Origin: Mayamaea pseudoterrestris
Lineage: Eukaryota
Direction: 5' to 3'
DNA length: 64,000 nucleotides
Assembly (NCBI GenBank): GCA_027923505.1
Contig: BROI01000010.1
Coordinates: 620,001 to 684,000 of the forward strand
In this document: positions 34,909 to 45,104 of the stretch, one piece after another
Numbering within the stretch: position 1 is the first letter of the stretch
How the letters are laid out: every line of letters starts with the position of its first letter
Position numbers and translations under genes: made by a program
The notes under the pieces: generated by a model
What the model was told of the DNA's origin: nothing
What the model saw: only the letters and a program-made list of their open reading frames with translations
Database searches by the model: none

Positions 34909-37182
34909 TCAGGACTCGTCCTCGTCCGCGGCCGCTGGTGGGTTGGCGTCTCCATTGGGATTGGCTGCTTGAGCAGCAATAAATGCTTCGAGCTTTACTT
35001 TATCTTGAGGGCGCAATGGACCATGCATGTTTTGACAGATGCGGTAACGGCATTCGCCGCGAAGGTAGTAGTTCAAGCAAGGGCGGCCTGCCTTGTTGCC
35101 GATCTTGATCCGAGGGCTGCGGCGGAAGCTGCCTGGAGGACAGAGGCTTTGATACGTATGCCCTGCTGGGATATCCAACTTGTTTGGATTGATGCGAGCT
35201 TGGAATTGACGAGCTCCTGCGCCTCCTTCATCGCCAGTCTTCGCTTGTTTGATTACAGGAGGAGAGGCTCCTCCTGGCGGCTGGCCGGCGCCACGTTTGG
35301 CAAAGCGATGCGATGGAAGGCGCTCGAGCAGGAAGGATGGAATGGTGCAAAGGATGCTTGAAAAGCCACAGTCCAAGTACTTGTCAAGGGTTTCCAACTC
35401 GTCGAGGCGAGTAGGGTCGAAGATGGCGTCCTTGAAACAATGGTTGAGGAAGATGTTGATCTTTGTGTCGATGGTGTTGGCGAACTGAGCGATGGCGTCA
35501 GGATCTTGATTCTGCAACGTTTGCATCTTGTCAATGCGATTCGCTAACGTGGAAGCCAAGGAGCGAATCTTTTGAGCGATGAGGGTGGATGTGCCGCTGG
35601 TTGGAGAGAGGCCAGCGAGTACGTCAAAGTAAACGGCGTACTTGAAGAGTCCACGAACGAGCGCGTTGCCATCGGATGGAAACTCCCAAACAATGTCGCC
35701 AGCAATCTTCTTCATTGTCGATCCTTCAACTTGATTGTTGGCTAGAGCTTGGCGATCGCAAAGGTCATCAGTAGAATGAACGACAACAAGAGCGCCCGTA
35801 AAGTTGAGGAGGGAGATGTTCATGGTTGAGTCCCGGTTCGACGCGGGGATGTCCGTTGAAAGCGTGCGCAGCGACACCCCTTTGCCAACAACAAACTCAG
35901 CATTGTAGCGCTCGCAAGCTTGCTTCAACAACGAATGAGCAATGTCTTTCTTGGCGGCAAAGAAGGTTGTTTGGAATGTGGAAGGCTCTTCGGGAGTGAC
36001 TCCGCTGATAGGCGTTGCGAGGCGAAGGAGCATGCGCTGGTTGTCGCCGAGGAGCTTGGAGAATCCGGAGGAGGAAGACTCGCCAGTCTTGCAAGTCTTT
36101 TCAATCAAAAGGCGCTGCGCCTCGTCGTTGCGCTTGCGCTCTTCATGGCGCTTGTCAAGATCGTCGGCGTGGCGCTTGGCTTGGAGAGCTGCCTGCTTGT
36201 CCTTCTTGAGCGTCGTCTTGGTAAGCGTATGCATGGTGACCAGCAAGTTGCCGACGAGTTCGTTCATAGCCTCGGGTTTCTTAAAGTCAAAGTTCTTCAG
36301 CTTCTTTAATTGCTCGTCATCCGAGTCAGAGTTGTCAGAGTCAACAGAGAGCACGCGCTGTGTCGTCTTCTTGGTCGCGTGGATAAAGGGGATGCCGGCA
36401 AACTTGGCGTGCTCGGCAAGATCTTCGAGGGTTTCCGCTGGAATGGAGTCGGCTTCCAAAATGGTAGGCAAACCAGGAAGGGACTTAAGTATCGCCTCGT
36501 CGGCCGAAGACCAGTCCGGATTGCTGGTCATCTTCAACGCCCACCAAAGGAACTGAGCGAAGGGAAAGGCATTGTGGTAGACGTCGACTGTAGAGACCAC
36601 AGAGGCGTACTGAGTGGGCCAAGTACACAAGGTTGACATAAAGGCTGAAAGGATGCCTTCAATGTCGTATGGACCATGCTTGGCAATAGCCTCAATGGCA
36701 AGTGGCGGGATGGGAAAGCAGGCAGGCGAAACAAGAGGCGACAAAACGTTGGTTTCGAGCTTGAGCAATTCCTCGAGGACTGGACGCTCCAAGTTCTTCA
36801 AATCGAACAGAACCTCGCCCAGAGGCGTGTAGACAGGCGTCGCCTTGTTGGTAACAAGCTCAAGAGTCTTGACGTCAATCAAAGTGACTGGAGCGGAAGC
36901 CTTGTGACCGAGGAAGGCAAACAACGTTGACGCGTTGCGAGGGTTGCTTTGATCCTTGGGAGCGAACGTGAAATGGTGAGCCACATGTACTCCAATCTTG
37001 TCTCCATCAAAAGAAATGAGAGCAACTGGAGTCGCGGGAGTTGCAAAGAGCTTCTCCAAGGAGCTCTCGACCTTGTGCTCTTGAAACGTCATGATGGTTT
37101 GAGCGAGGCCGTTGTAGAGCGGAGGAAGAACGCGGCGGTTGCGACTCGGGTCCGAGTAGTAGGAGAGCCAGTTGGAAGACAT
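34909..37182 (-). CDS. Gag-like ORF1 with coiled coil and C-terminal CCCH zinc finger
   Basis: First ORF, starting 15 nt after A1. CLNYYLRGECRYRICQNMH (C-x8-C-x4-C-x3-H). Confidence 0.85.
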   Translation of the reverse strand: MSSNWLSYYSDPSRNRRVLPPLYNGLAQTIMTFQEHKVESSLEKLFATPATPVALISFDGDKIGVHVAHHFTFAPKDQSNPRNASTLFAFLGHKASAPVTLIDVKTLELVTNKATPVYTPLGEVLFDLKNLERPVLEELLKLETNVLSPLVSPACFPIPPLAIEAIAKHGPYDIEGILSAFMSTLCTWPTQYASVVSTVDVYHNAFPFAQFLWWALKMTSNPDWSSADEAILKSLPGLPTILEADSIPAETLEDLAEHAKFAGIPFIHATKKTTQRVLSVDSDNSDSDDEQLKKLKNFDFKKPEAMNELVGNLLVTMHTLTKTTLKKDKQAALQAKRHADDLDKRHEERKRNDEAQRLLIEKTCKTGESSSSGFSKLLGDNQRMLLRLATPISGVTPEEPSTFQTTFFAAKKDIAHSLLKQACERYNAEFVVGKGVSLRTLSTDIPASNRDSTMNISLLNFTGALVVVHSTDDLCDRQALANNQVEGSTMKKIAGDIVWEFPSDGNALVRGLFKYAVYFDVLAGLSPTSGTSTLIAQKIRSLASTLANRIDKMQTLQNQDPDAIAQFANTIDTKINIFLNHCFKDAIFDPTRLDELETLDKYLDCGFSSILCTIPSFLLERLPSHRFAKRGAGQPPGGASPPVIKQAKTGDEGGAGARQFQARINPNKLDIPAGHTYQSLCPPGSFRRSPRIKIGNKAGRPCLNYYLRGECRYRICQNMHGPLRPQDKVKLEAFIAAQAANPNGDANPPAAADEDES

Positions 37183-37197
37183 CTTGATGGGAGGAAG

Positions 37198-37539
37198 ACT
37201 TAAAAATCTATAATTACTGGTCTCGACGGGAGACTCGGGGTGATCCAGGAATTATGAGCTGCAGCAACAACAACAATCAAAGGAGCAGACTGGTTCGTTG
37301 TTGGTGTGTTGCGTGTGCATTGCGGCCAAATGGTCATCCACGATCAAGGTCATTGTTCCGGATGACCACGACTAGTTCGGAGTTGTCAGTGAATGCCCCG
37401 CGGGACATGCGCCACTCCGAACCGAAGAACAAGGCAAGATTGAAGAGGCTGTTCGCTGCGAACGCCGCTGGCGTGGCTTGAAGGAACTTGGAATCCTGAA
37501 AGCACCACCTCTCATTTCGACCAATCCAGAATCCCAAAA
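37198..37539. repeat. A1 repeat, copy 1 (element 5' terminus)
   Basis: Matches A2 apart from C at 37435 versus A at 30377. Confidence 0.95.
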
Positions 37540-37881
37540 ACTTAAAAATCTATAATTACTGGTCTCGACGGGAGACTCGGGGTGATCCAGGAATTATGAG
37601 CTGCAGCAACAACAACAATCAAAGGAGCAGACTGGTTCGTTGTTGGTGTGTTGCGTGTGCATTGCGGCCAAATGGTCATCCACGATCAAGGTCATTGTTC
37701 CGGATGACCACGACTAGTTCGGAGTTGTCAGTGAATGCCCCGCGGGACATGCGCCACTCCGAACCGAAGAACAAGGAAAGATTGAAGAGGCTGTTCGCTG
37801 CGAACGCCGCTGGCGTGGCTTGAAGGAACTTGGAATCCTGAAAGCACCACCTCTCATTTCGACCAATCCAGAATCCCAAAA
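37540..37881. repeat. A2 repeat, copy 2
   Basis: Directly follows A1 of copy 1 and carries the A2 allele (A at 37777). Confidence 0.95.
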
Positions 37882-38048
37882 GAACCAGGCTCAAAACAGA
37901 TTCCTCATTAACTACATGAAGAAGCTGGCGCTTGCAGAAAACTTTGGTTTAGCTAATGTGTCGGAACCAAAGCCTCCCCCACTGAACACAGTGACTGATC
38001 GGCGGTAAAGCGCGATCACTCGTCAGCTGCAGAAGCTGCTGCTGTGCC
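37882..38048. repeat. B1 repeat, copy 2
   Basis: Matches the other B repeats. Confidence 0.95.
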
Positions 38049-38079
38049 ATTGATTAAAGAGCGAGTGGTCGCGCGGGAG

Positions 38080-39348
38080 CTAGTGGGCGACGTGCTGCCA
38101 GACGTTGAAGGCGGCATCGGGGCGGGCAACGTTGGTCCCCATTGAAGGAAAGGCGTCGCCTACTAGCGCGTCGAGCGTCCGTTGTTCTGTTTGATCCGAA
38201 ATGTAATGAGGTTGTTGATGTTGTTGTTGTTGTTGTTGGTGGCGTTGAATGTTGACGGTGTGAAAGGAGTCGACGGTAAGCATCTTGGCGGAAACGCCCT
38301 CGGTAAACTGCTCCACTTGCTTGCGAATATAAGATAAGAAGGCAAAGCTGCGCCAGCGTCCAACAAGCATTATAGTGCAGACTTGAACGTTGGCAAGATA
38401 CATAGCCATTGCTGCAGTAGCGCGAAGGGAATGGAGGCCAACGCGGTCGACTTCGAGGCCAAGGGAATCGGGCTCGTTGCTGGAAACAAACTGGCGAAGG
38501 AATAAAGCCAACTGGATTCAAGTGCGCAACTTTGCCATTAGAATCAGGTAATGGTAGAGCTCGGCATCTTCCTTAACAAGCTTCTTTGGAGACGTGCTTG
38601 TTTAGCGAACGAGCAAGAGCGCGCAAGGACACGAGAAATAGTGTCGGAGCGCCCCATTGCCTCGCCATTGATTCTTTTGAAAGCGAAAGATGATGGAAAC
38701 TGAGTCGGCAAAGTGTAGGGAGGAGCTATTATGAGGTAGCTTTTTGCCATCTTTCCAGAACGTTATATCGCACGCTCGAATGGGCAGCGTGCGGCGTTCA
38801 ACTTTGTCGCCTTTTTGGATGCAAAGGTACTCGCAAGAGCGCATTGCAAAGAAGACGGCGAGGCCAACTAAGAGCTGAAAATGACTGTAAGCTGGGTTGT
38901 CGGAGCGCTCCATGATAAGCTTGCGCATTAGGGACATCGGGAGCGCCATTTGATGACGTGTAGACGGATCCAAATTCTTGTAGCCTTTGTAGAGTCGCTC
39001 GAGCACTAGGAACGTGTCGCCTCCTTCGTTTTTGCGGGGATCTGGATGCCCGGCGGCTTTAAAGGCCTTAGCCACGCCGTTGATCGTGGACTGAACTGAT
39101 CCGGCAACCAAGAAGGGATTTCCGTTGCGAGGCGATGAGTAGTTGCCGTTCCTGACAGACTGGACGAAGGCGAGGAAGAGGAGGAGTCGTTGGTGGCTGG
39201 CGACTTCAAGGAGGAACGGATTGGTCGAGAAACCAGCTCTTTCAGAGAACTGTATCCAACGGTCCCAAGCCATGTCTTCTCTAGCGTGTGTGGCGCGTGT
39301 GACTCCGAGGAACTCGTTGTCAGCTGCATCAAGGAGGAGAGAGCGCAC
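38080..39348 (-). CDS. Tyrosine recombinase, copy 2, with the same interruption
   Basis: Translations identical to 30680-31948. Confidence 0.85.
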
Positions 39349-41684
39349 GAAATCCTGCTCGGTAGGCGAGCCACGCGAAAGGAGGCCGGTACCTGCGATG
39401 CCAATGAAGGAATAGAGAGGATATGGGAGGTGAGATCGGCGTTTGAACGGTCCATATCACGTGATATCAAGTCGGGGACCACGTTATCCAATCCCATTCG
39501 CCACTGCGAGTTGCAGCAGATTCCGTATTCCAAGCAGACGGCGGACAACAGCCTCGCTAACAAGAGCGTTTGAGGACTGGCTGTTTCGTCTGAAAAGTTG
39601 GATCGACGCAACCAAGCTGCTGCAGTTGTATTGTCGCCGATTGCAAGCACGCAGTCCCCTGGATTGAGGCGTCCTTCGAAGGCGGCGAGCCAAATGCCGA
39701 CGACGAAACCAAGGAACTCGTAAAAGTTAATGTGCTGCGGCTGTGCGCCTTTTGGAACGCGCCATCGCCATCCTCGTCCATCCAAATCGTAGCCTCCAAC
39801 TTGATACATGCAAGCGTCCGTAAGGATAAAGGCGTCGGCAAGGCGGGCGACAATGGTGTTGATATCCACGCCAGCGTGCGCAGTCGCAAGGAGCTCCAAG
39901 CAGGCGACCAAATCGCGGCGTTCTGCTCGAGATAGACGAGCTCGCTTGTACTTTGCACCCTCTGCTCGTTGCTTTGCCGAATGGATCCTGCCGAGGCAAT
40001 GGCTCATGGCTTTGACGACGACTGAAACGTGAACTAGTCGTCCGTACAGCGTGTTGAGGATTGCAAGAGGAACGACGTGTCCTTCCTTGGTCAACAGCGC
40101 TCGAATATCCTCCGTATAGAGGCGATACTTGTCCTGTGGGAGGCGAATGATAAGCGTGCGAGTATCAATCTCCCAACCAAGGACCACTTGAATCTCTGTT
40201 AAACACCCTTCTGCAATGAGCTTGGAGACTGCAATTAAAGCGTTTCGCGGTAGAGGTTCGTCGGCACGCTCGGGGCGACCAAGCACATCAAGTAATAATG
40301 GGATGGCATGAGCACCACGGATCAATGCGTCGTTACTAGTATGGACAATGACGCCAAGATGATCATCAAGAAAGACGTCAAAACAAGGGCTGCCATCAAC
40401 AGGGATCATAGCACCAACTGCCATGGGGCGAGATGTTGCAAATGGTGTTGATGGCGTAGGATACACGATTGGTTCCACGCTGATGTTGGCAATGAACCTG
40501 GATTGGATTGTCGCAGGGTGCCAGTTGCCGTCGCGGACGAGTTGGTTGGCCGCGTCAGTGACTAGTTCCGAGAGGTCACTGAAGACTGTGGGGCATGGAG
40601 AGCCGCCGAAAGTCATGCGAAGGGCAAAGAGCGCCAGCGTGGAGTCGATCGTGATACCTTTTGTCGTGGTTGCCGATTGGACAAGTGTTTCGAGGCCAAA
40701 GTGACAGTTTTTGTAGGCTGATTTCCAGTCATATTTAGGAAGATAGATAGGAAGATCCTTATACTTGTCTCTTGTAGCAATGATCCGATGAAGAAGACGT
40801 TGCAAAGCAAATCCGTAGAAGACGGGTGGTAGATCGGCCTTGCGGACCCGTTTATTAACAGAGGTGCCATCGTGGAGACGGCAGAACGTTTGATCGTGCG
40901 TAATCCGTCCAGCTTCCTTGCGGGATCCATCAGCTTGTAGCTTGAGTTGTTTAACATATCCAAAAGGAGCCACAGAAACGTTGGGAATGAGATGTAGAGC
41001 GTCAAGTGGAAGAGGCAGATGCCATCCTTTTGCAGTCTCTTCTTTCAACGTGTCGAGGACTGCGTGTCGCTCCGTTTTTGCTGACTTGTGATTCCCATAA
41101 TCGACCATGGCGTTGAGCTCCTCAATGCGCGTCTTCTCCTCGAGAGGATCGAGAGGAAAAGCCACGCCTGTCGTGAGTGTGCTGCGAACACGCGGCCAGT
41201 TAGGGTGGCCAAGGAAGATTGGATCGAGTAGTTCCACTGGGCGAAAGTTGGAGCCCGGACAAGTTGGCAAATCCTTGTTGGAGAAGAGCAAGTGGCGCAA
41301 ATCCATGTCGTTGGCTTGGAGAATGGATAAATTGTAGGCAGCTGCCTCTGGCGTAATTTCAAAACAGAATGGCGGCGGAAGTAAAGGCGGTGGCAACCAC
41401 TGGAGCGCTTGGAGGATGGACTGCAGCCAGGTGGCGTCGTTGGACGGCCAAGGAGCAGGCGGCAGATCAATCCCTGGATCGACTAGTTCAGTCGATAAAG
41501 CGAGTCCAATTGATTGTGTAGTGGATGTGGCGTTAACGTGGATGTTAATTGGGATGTTGGGTGGGTTTGTTGCGGACTCGTCCTGAACGGACGAAGGGAT
41601 TCGGACAGTCCATCGAAGGACTCGTTGAAAGGAGGACTTACTCATTTCGTTTGATATGGAAGAAGGATGCAGGAAGGTGGACAT
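39006..41684 (-). CDS. Reverse transcriptase / RNase H, copy 2
   Basis: Identical 892-aa translation. Confidence 0.95.
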   Translation of the reverse strand: MSTFLHPSSISNEMSKSSFQRVLRWTVRIPSSVQDESATNPPNIPINIHVNATSTTQSIGLALSTELVDPGIDLPPAPWPSNDATWLQSILQALQWLPPPLLPPPFCFEITPEAAAYNLSILQANDMDLRHLLFSNKDLPTCPGSNFRPVELLDPIFLGHPNWPRVRSTLTTGVAFPLDPLEEKTRIEELNAMVDYGNHKSAKTERHAVLDTLKEETAKGWHLPLPLDALHLIPNVSVAPFGYVKQLKLQADGSRKEAGRITHDQTFCRLHDGTSVNKRVRKADLPPVFYGFALQRLLHRIIATRDKYKDLPIYLPKYDWKSAYKNCHFGLETLVQSATTTKGITIDSTLALFALRMTFGGSPCPTVFSDLSELVTDAANQLVRDGNWHPATIQSRFIANISVEPIVYPTPSTPFATSRPMAVGAMIPVDGSPCFDVFLDDHLGVIVHTSNDALIRGAHAIPLLLDVLGRPERADEPLPRNALIAVSKLIAEGCLTEIQVVLGWEIDTRTLIIRLPQDKYRLYTEDIRALLTKEGHVVPLAILNTLYGRLVHVSVVVKAMSHCLGRIHSAKQRAEGAKYKRARLSRAERRDLVACLELLATAHAGVDINTIVARLADAFILTDACMYQVGGYDLDGRGWRWRVPKGAQPQHINFYEFLGFVVGIWLAAFEGRLNPGDCVLAIGDNTTAAAWLRRSNFSDETASPQTLLLARLLSAVCLEYGICCNSQWRMGLDNVVPDLISRDMDRSNADLTSHILSIPSLASQVPASFRVARLPSRISCALSSLMQLTTSSSESHAPHTLEKTWLGTVGYSSLKELVSRPIRSSLKSPATNDSSSSSPSSSLSGTATTHRLATEIPSWLPDQFSPRSTAWLRPLKPPGIQIPAKTKEATRS

Positions 41685-42208
41685 TGGATGCTTATGCTTG
41701 ATCCGTTTAGGTGCTGGTCCGTTCTTTGTTGTTGTGGCAGCCGTTCCATGTGCGTCGCCATCGTCTGCCTCCTCCTCCTCTGAATTGTCTCGCTCGGTAC
41801 GAGCAGCGAGGCGACGCGCCGTCCAGGCAAGTTGATGTTTGCGCGCTGGTGTGAGCTGGCGTGAGGGCGAGGCGAGGATTGCAGGAGCGACTGTTGGAGC
41901 GTTGATTGCAAACGTCGGCTTGATGGGCGTCGTGGCGACTGTCGTGGTTGCTCGCGAGTTGGTAGCATGGCTTGTTGATGCCGCAGACCGATGATTAATA
42001 GAATGGACACTGTAGGTGGCAGAGTCGTCGTCGGAGGAGGATGACTCGTCCTCGATGGTTGCTGTTGATGAAGTGAGTGAATCAACTTGTTGTTGGAGAC
42101 GTTGCCATTGATTGTGAAGTTGACGCAGCCTTGGAGAGGTCGCAGCGGCTGCCGGTGGGGCATGGACGTGTTCGTTGATGTTGTTGTTGACGAGTCGACT
42201 AGTAGCAT
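41642..42208 (-). CDS. Extra low-complexity ORF, copy 2
   Basis: Identical 188-aa translation. Confidence 0.4.
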   Translation of the reverse strand: MLLVDSSTTTSTNTSMPHRQPLRPLQGCVNFTINGNVSNNKLIHSLHQQQPSRTSHPPPTTTLPPTVSILLIIGLRHQQAMLPTREQPRQSPRRPSSRRLQSTLQQSLLQSSPRPHASSHQRANINLPGRRVASLLVPSETIQRRRRQTMATHMERLPQQQRTDQHLNGSSISIQCPPSCILLPYQTK

Positions 42209-42308
42209 TATTGTAGGGATTGGAACCTTGTGCTACTAAGTTATTGTCGCCGTAACTAGTAGAGGCTCCTCCAGCATGGTCATCCGCCGACCATGTGGAG
42301 GATCCTCC

Positions 42309-44582
42309 TCAGGACTCGTCCTCGTCCGCGGCCGCTGGTGGGTTGGCGTCTCCATTGGGATTGGCTGCTTGAGCAGCAATAAATGCTTCGAGCTTTACTT
42401 TATCTTGAGGGCGCAATGGACCATGCATGTTTTGACAGATGCGGTAACGGCATTCGCCGCGAAGGTAGTAGTTCAAGCAAGGGCGGCCTGCCTTGTTGCC
42501 GATCTTGATCCGAGGGCTGCGGCGGAAGCTGCCTGGAGGACAGAGGCTTTGATACGTATGCCCTGCTGGGATATCCAACTTGTTTGGATTGATGCGAGCT
42601 TGGAATTGACGAGCTCCTGCGCCTCCTTCATCGCCAGTCTTCGCTTGTTTGATTACAGGAGGAGAGGCTCCTCCTGGCGGCTGGCCGGCGCCACGTTTGG
42701 CAAAGCGATGCGATGGAAGGCGCTCGAGCAGGAAGGATGGAATGGTGCAAAGGATGCTTGAAAAGCCACAGTCCAAGTACTTGTCAAGGGTTTCCAACTC
42801 GTCGAGGCGAGTAGGGTCGAAGATGGCGTCCTTGAAACAATGGTTGAGGAAGATGTTGATCTTTGTGTCGATGGTGTTGGCGAACTGAGCGATGGCGTCA
42901 GGATCTTGATTCTGCAACGTTTGCATCTTGTCAATGCGATTCGCTAACGTGGAAGCCAAGGAGCGAATCTTTTGAGCGATGAGGGTGGATGTGCCGCTGG
43001 TTGGAGAGAGGCCAGCGAGTACGTCAAAGTAAACGGCGTACTTGAAGAGTCCACGAACGAGCGCGTTGCCATCGGATGGAAACTCCCAAACAATGTCGCC
43101 AGCAATCTTCTTCATTGTCGATCCTTCAACTTGATTGTTGGCTAGAGCTTGGCGATCGCAAAGGTCATCAGTAGAATGAACGACAACAAGAGCGCCCGTA
43201 AAGTTGAGGAGGGAGATGTTCATGGTTGAGTCCCGGTTCGACGCGGGGATGTCCGTTGAAAGCGTGCGCAGCGACACCCCTTTGCCAACAACAAACTCAG
43301 CATTGTAGCGCTCGCAAGCTTGCTTCAACAACGAATGAGCAATGTCTTTCTTGGCGGCAAAGAAGGTTGTTTGGAATGTGGAAGGCTCTTCGGGAGTGAC
43401 TCCGCTGATAGGCGTTGCGAGGCGAAGGAGCATGCGCTGGTTGTCGCCGAGGAGCTTGGAGAATCCGGAGGAGGAAGACTCGCCAGTCTTGCAAGTCTTT
43501 TCAATCAAAAGGCGCTGCGCCTCGTCGTTGCGCTTGCGCTCTTCATGGCGCTTGTCAAGATCGTCGGCGTGGCGCTTGGCTTGGAGAGCTGCCTGCTTGT
43601 CCTTCTTGAGCGTCGTCTTGGTAAGCGTATGCATGGTGACCAGCAAGTTGCCGACGAGTTCGTTCATAGCCTCGGGTTTCTTAAAGTCAAAGTTCTTCAG
43701 CTTCTTTAATTGCTCGTCATCCGAGTCAGAGTTGTCAGAGTCAACAGAGAGCACGCGCTGTGTCGTCTTCTTGGTCGCGTGGATAAAGGGGATGCCGGCA
43801 AACTTGGCGTGCTCGGCAAGATCTTCGAGGGTTTCCGCTGGAATGGAGTCGGCTTCCAAAATGGTAGGCAAACCAGGAAGGGACTTAAGTATCGCCTCGT
43901 CGGCCGAAGACCAGTCCGGATTGCTGGTCATCTTCAACGCCCACCAAAGGAACTGAGCGAAGGGAAAGGCATTGTGGTAGACGTCGACTGTAGAGACCAC
44001 AGAGGCGTACTGAGTGGGCCAAGTACACAAGGTTGACATAAAGGCTGAAAGGATGCCTTCAATGTCGTATGGACCATGCTTGGCAATAGCCTCAATGGCA
44101 AGTGGCGGGATGGGAAAGCAGGCAGGCGAAACAAGAGGCGACAAAACGTTGGTTTCGAGCTTGAGCAATTCCTCGAGGACTGGACGCTCCAAGTTCTTCA
44201 AATCGAACAGAACCTCGCCCAGAGGCGTGTAGACAGGCGTCGCCTTGTTGGTAACAAGCTCAAGAGTCTTGACGTCAATCAAAGTGACTGGAGCGGAAGC
44301 CTTGTGACCGAGGAAGGCAAACAACGTTGACGCGTTGCGAGGGTTGCTTTGATCCTTGGGAGCGAACGTGAAATGGTGAGCCACATGTACTCCAATCTTG
44401 TCTCCATCAAAAGAAATGAGAGCAACTGGAGTCGCGGGAGTTGCAAAGAGCTTCTCCAAGGAGCTCTCGACCTTGTGCTCTTGAAACGTCATGATGGTTT
44501 GAGCGAGGCCGTTGTAGAGCGGAGGAAGAACGCGGCGGTTGCGACTCGGGTCCGAGTAGTAGGAGAGCCAGTTGGAAGACAT
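42309..44582 (-). CDS. Gag-like ORF1 with CCCH finger, copy 2
   Basis: Identical 757-aa translation. Confidence 0.85.
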   Translation of the reverse strand: MSSNWLSYYSDPSRNRRVLPPLYNGLAQTIMTFQEHKVESSLEKLFATPATPVALISFDGDKIGVHVAHHFTFAPKDQSNPRNASTLFAFLGHKASAPVTLIDVKTLELVTNKATPVYTPLGEVLFDLKNLERPVLEELLKLETNVLSPLVSPACFPIPPLAIEAIAKHGPYDIEGILSAFMSTLCTWPTQYASVVSTVDVYHNAFPFAQFLWWALKMTSNPDWSSADEAILKSLPGLPTILEADSIPAETLEDLAEHAKFAGIPFIHATKKTTQRVLSVDSDNSDSDDEQLKKLKNFDFKKPEAMNELVGNLLVTMHTLTKTTLKKDKQAALQAKRHADDLDKRHEERKRNDEAQRLLIEKTCKTGESSSSGFSKLLGDNQRMLLRLATPISGVTPEEPSTFQTTFFAAKKDIAHSLLKQACERYNAEFVVGKGVSLRTLSTDIPASNRDSTMNISLLNFTGALVVVHSTDDLCDRQALANNQVEGSTMKKIAGDIVWEFPSDGNALVRGLFKYAVYFDVLAGLSPTSGTSTLIAQKIRSLASTLANRIDKMQTLQNQDPDAIAQFANTIDTKINIFLNHCFKDAIFDPTRLDELETLDKYLDCGFSSILCTIPSFLLERLPSHRFAKRGAGQPPGGASPPVIKQAKTGDEGGAGARQFQARINPNKLDIPAGHTYQSLCPPGSFRRSPRIKIGNKAGRPCLNYYLRGECRYRICQNMHGPLRPQDKVKLEAFIAAQAANPNGDANPPAAADEDES

Positions 44583-44597
44583 CTTGATGGGAGGAAG

Positions 44598-44939
44598 ACT
44601 TAAAAATCTATAATTACTGGTCTCGACGGGAGACTCGGGGTGATCCAGGAATTATGAGCTGCAGCAACAACAACAATCAAAGGAGCAGACTGGTTCGTTG
44701 TTGGTGTGTTGCGTGTGCATTGCGGCCAAATGGTCATCCACGATCAAGGTCATTGTTCCGGATGACCACGACTAGTTCGGAGTTGTCAGTGAATGCCCCG
44801 CGGGACATGCGCCACTCCGAACCGAAGAACAAGGCAAGATTGAAGAGGCTGTTCGCTGCGAACGCCGCTGGCGTGGCTTGAAGGAACTTGGAATCCTGAA
44901 AGCACCACCTCTCATTTCGACCAATCCAGAATCCCAAAA
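44598..44939. repeat. A1 repeat, copy 2 (outer 5' terminus)
   Basis: A1 allele (C at 44835). Ends cccaaaa|tcactg into host DNA. Confidence 0.95.
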
Positions 44940-45104
44940 TCACTGTCGTTTAAACTGTACTATAACTGTCTGACCGGTTCTCACACGCACCACCAACCAA
45001 AACGATCGAAGAAAACATCATCATGACCAACCGCCGCGACCTCATCACTTCATCACCTCATCACACAGAAGTTGCGACCGTTCACAATAACCAACACCAT
45101 TTCC

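Larger units (their letters stand above)
29954..37539 (-). mobile_element. Tyrosine-recombinase retrotransposon, split-direct-repeat (Ngaro/PAT-like) type, copy 1, complete A1-ORFs-B1-A2-B2
   Basis: gag, RT/RNaseH and YR ORFs bounded by 342-bp A repeats and 167-bp B repeats. No TSD visible. Confidence 0.93.
37540..44939 (-). mobile_element. Same retrotransposon, copy 2 (A1-ORFs-B1-A2, lacking B2 and spacer)
   Basis: The ORF track repeats exactly with a +7400 offset, and the sequence appears identical to 30140-37539. Confidence 0.93.

Noticed and set aside
29954..44939. LTR (Copia/Gypsy) element, retron, DGR or prophage
   Set aside because: No protease, DDE integrase, TG..CA termini or TSD. 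YR plus split direct repeats explains the whole structure.
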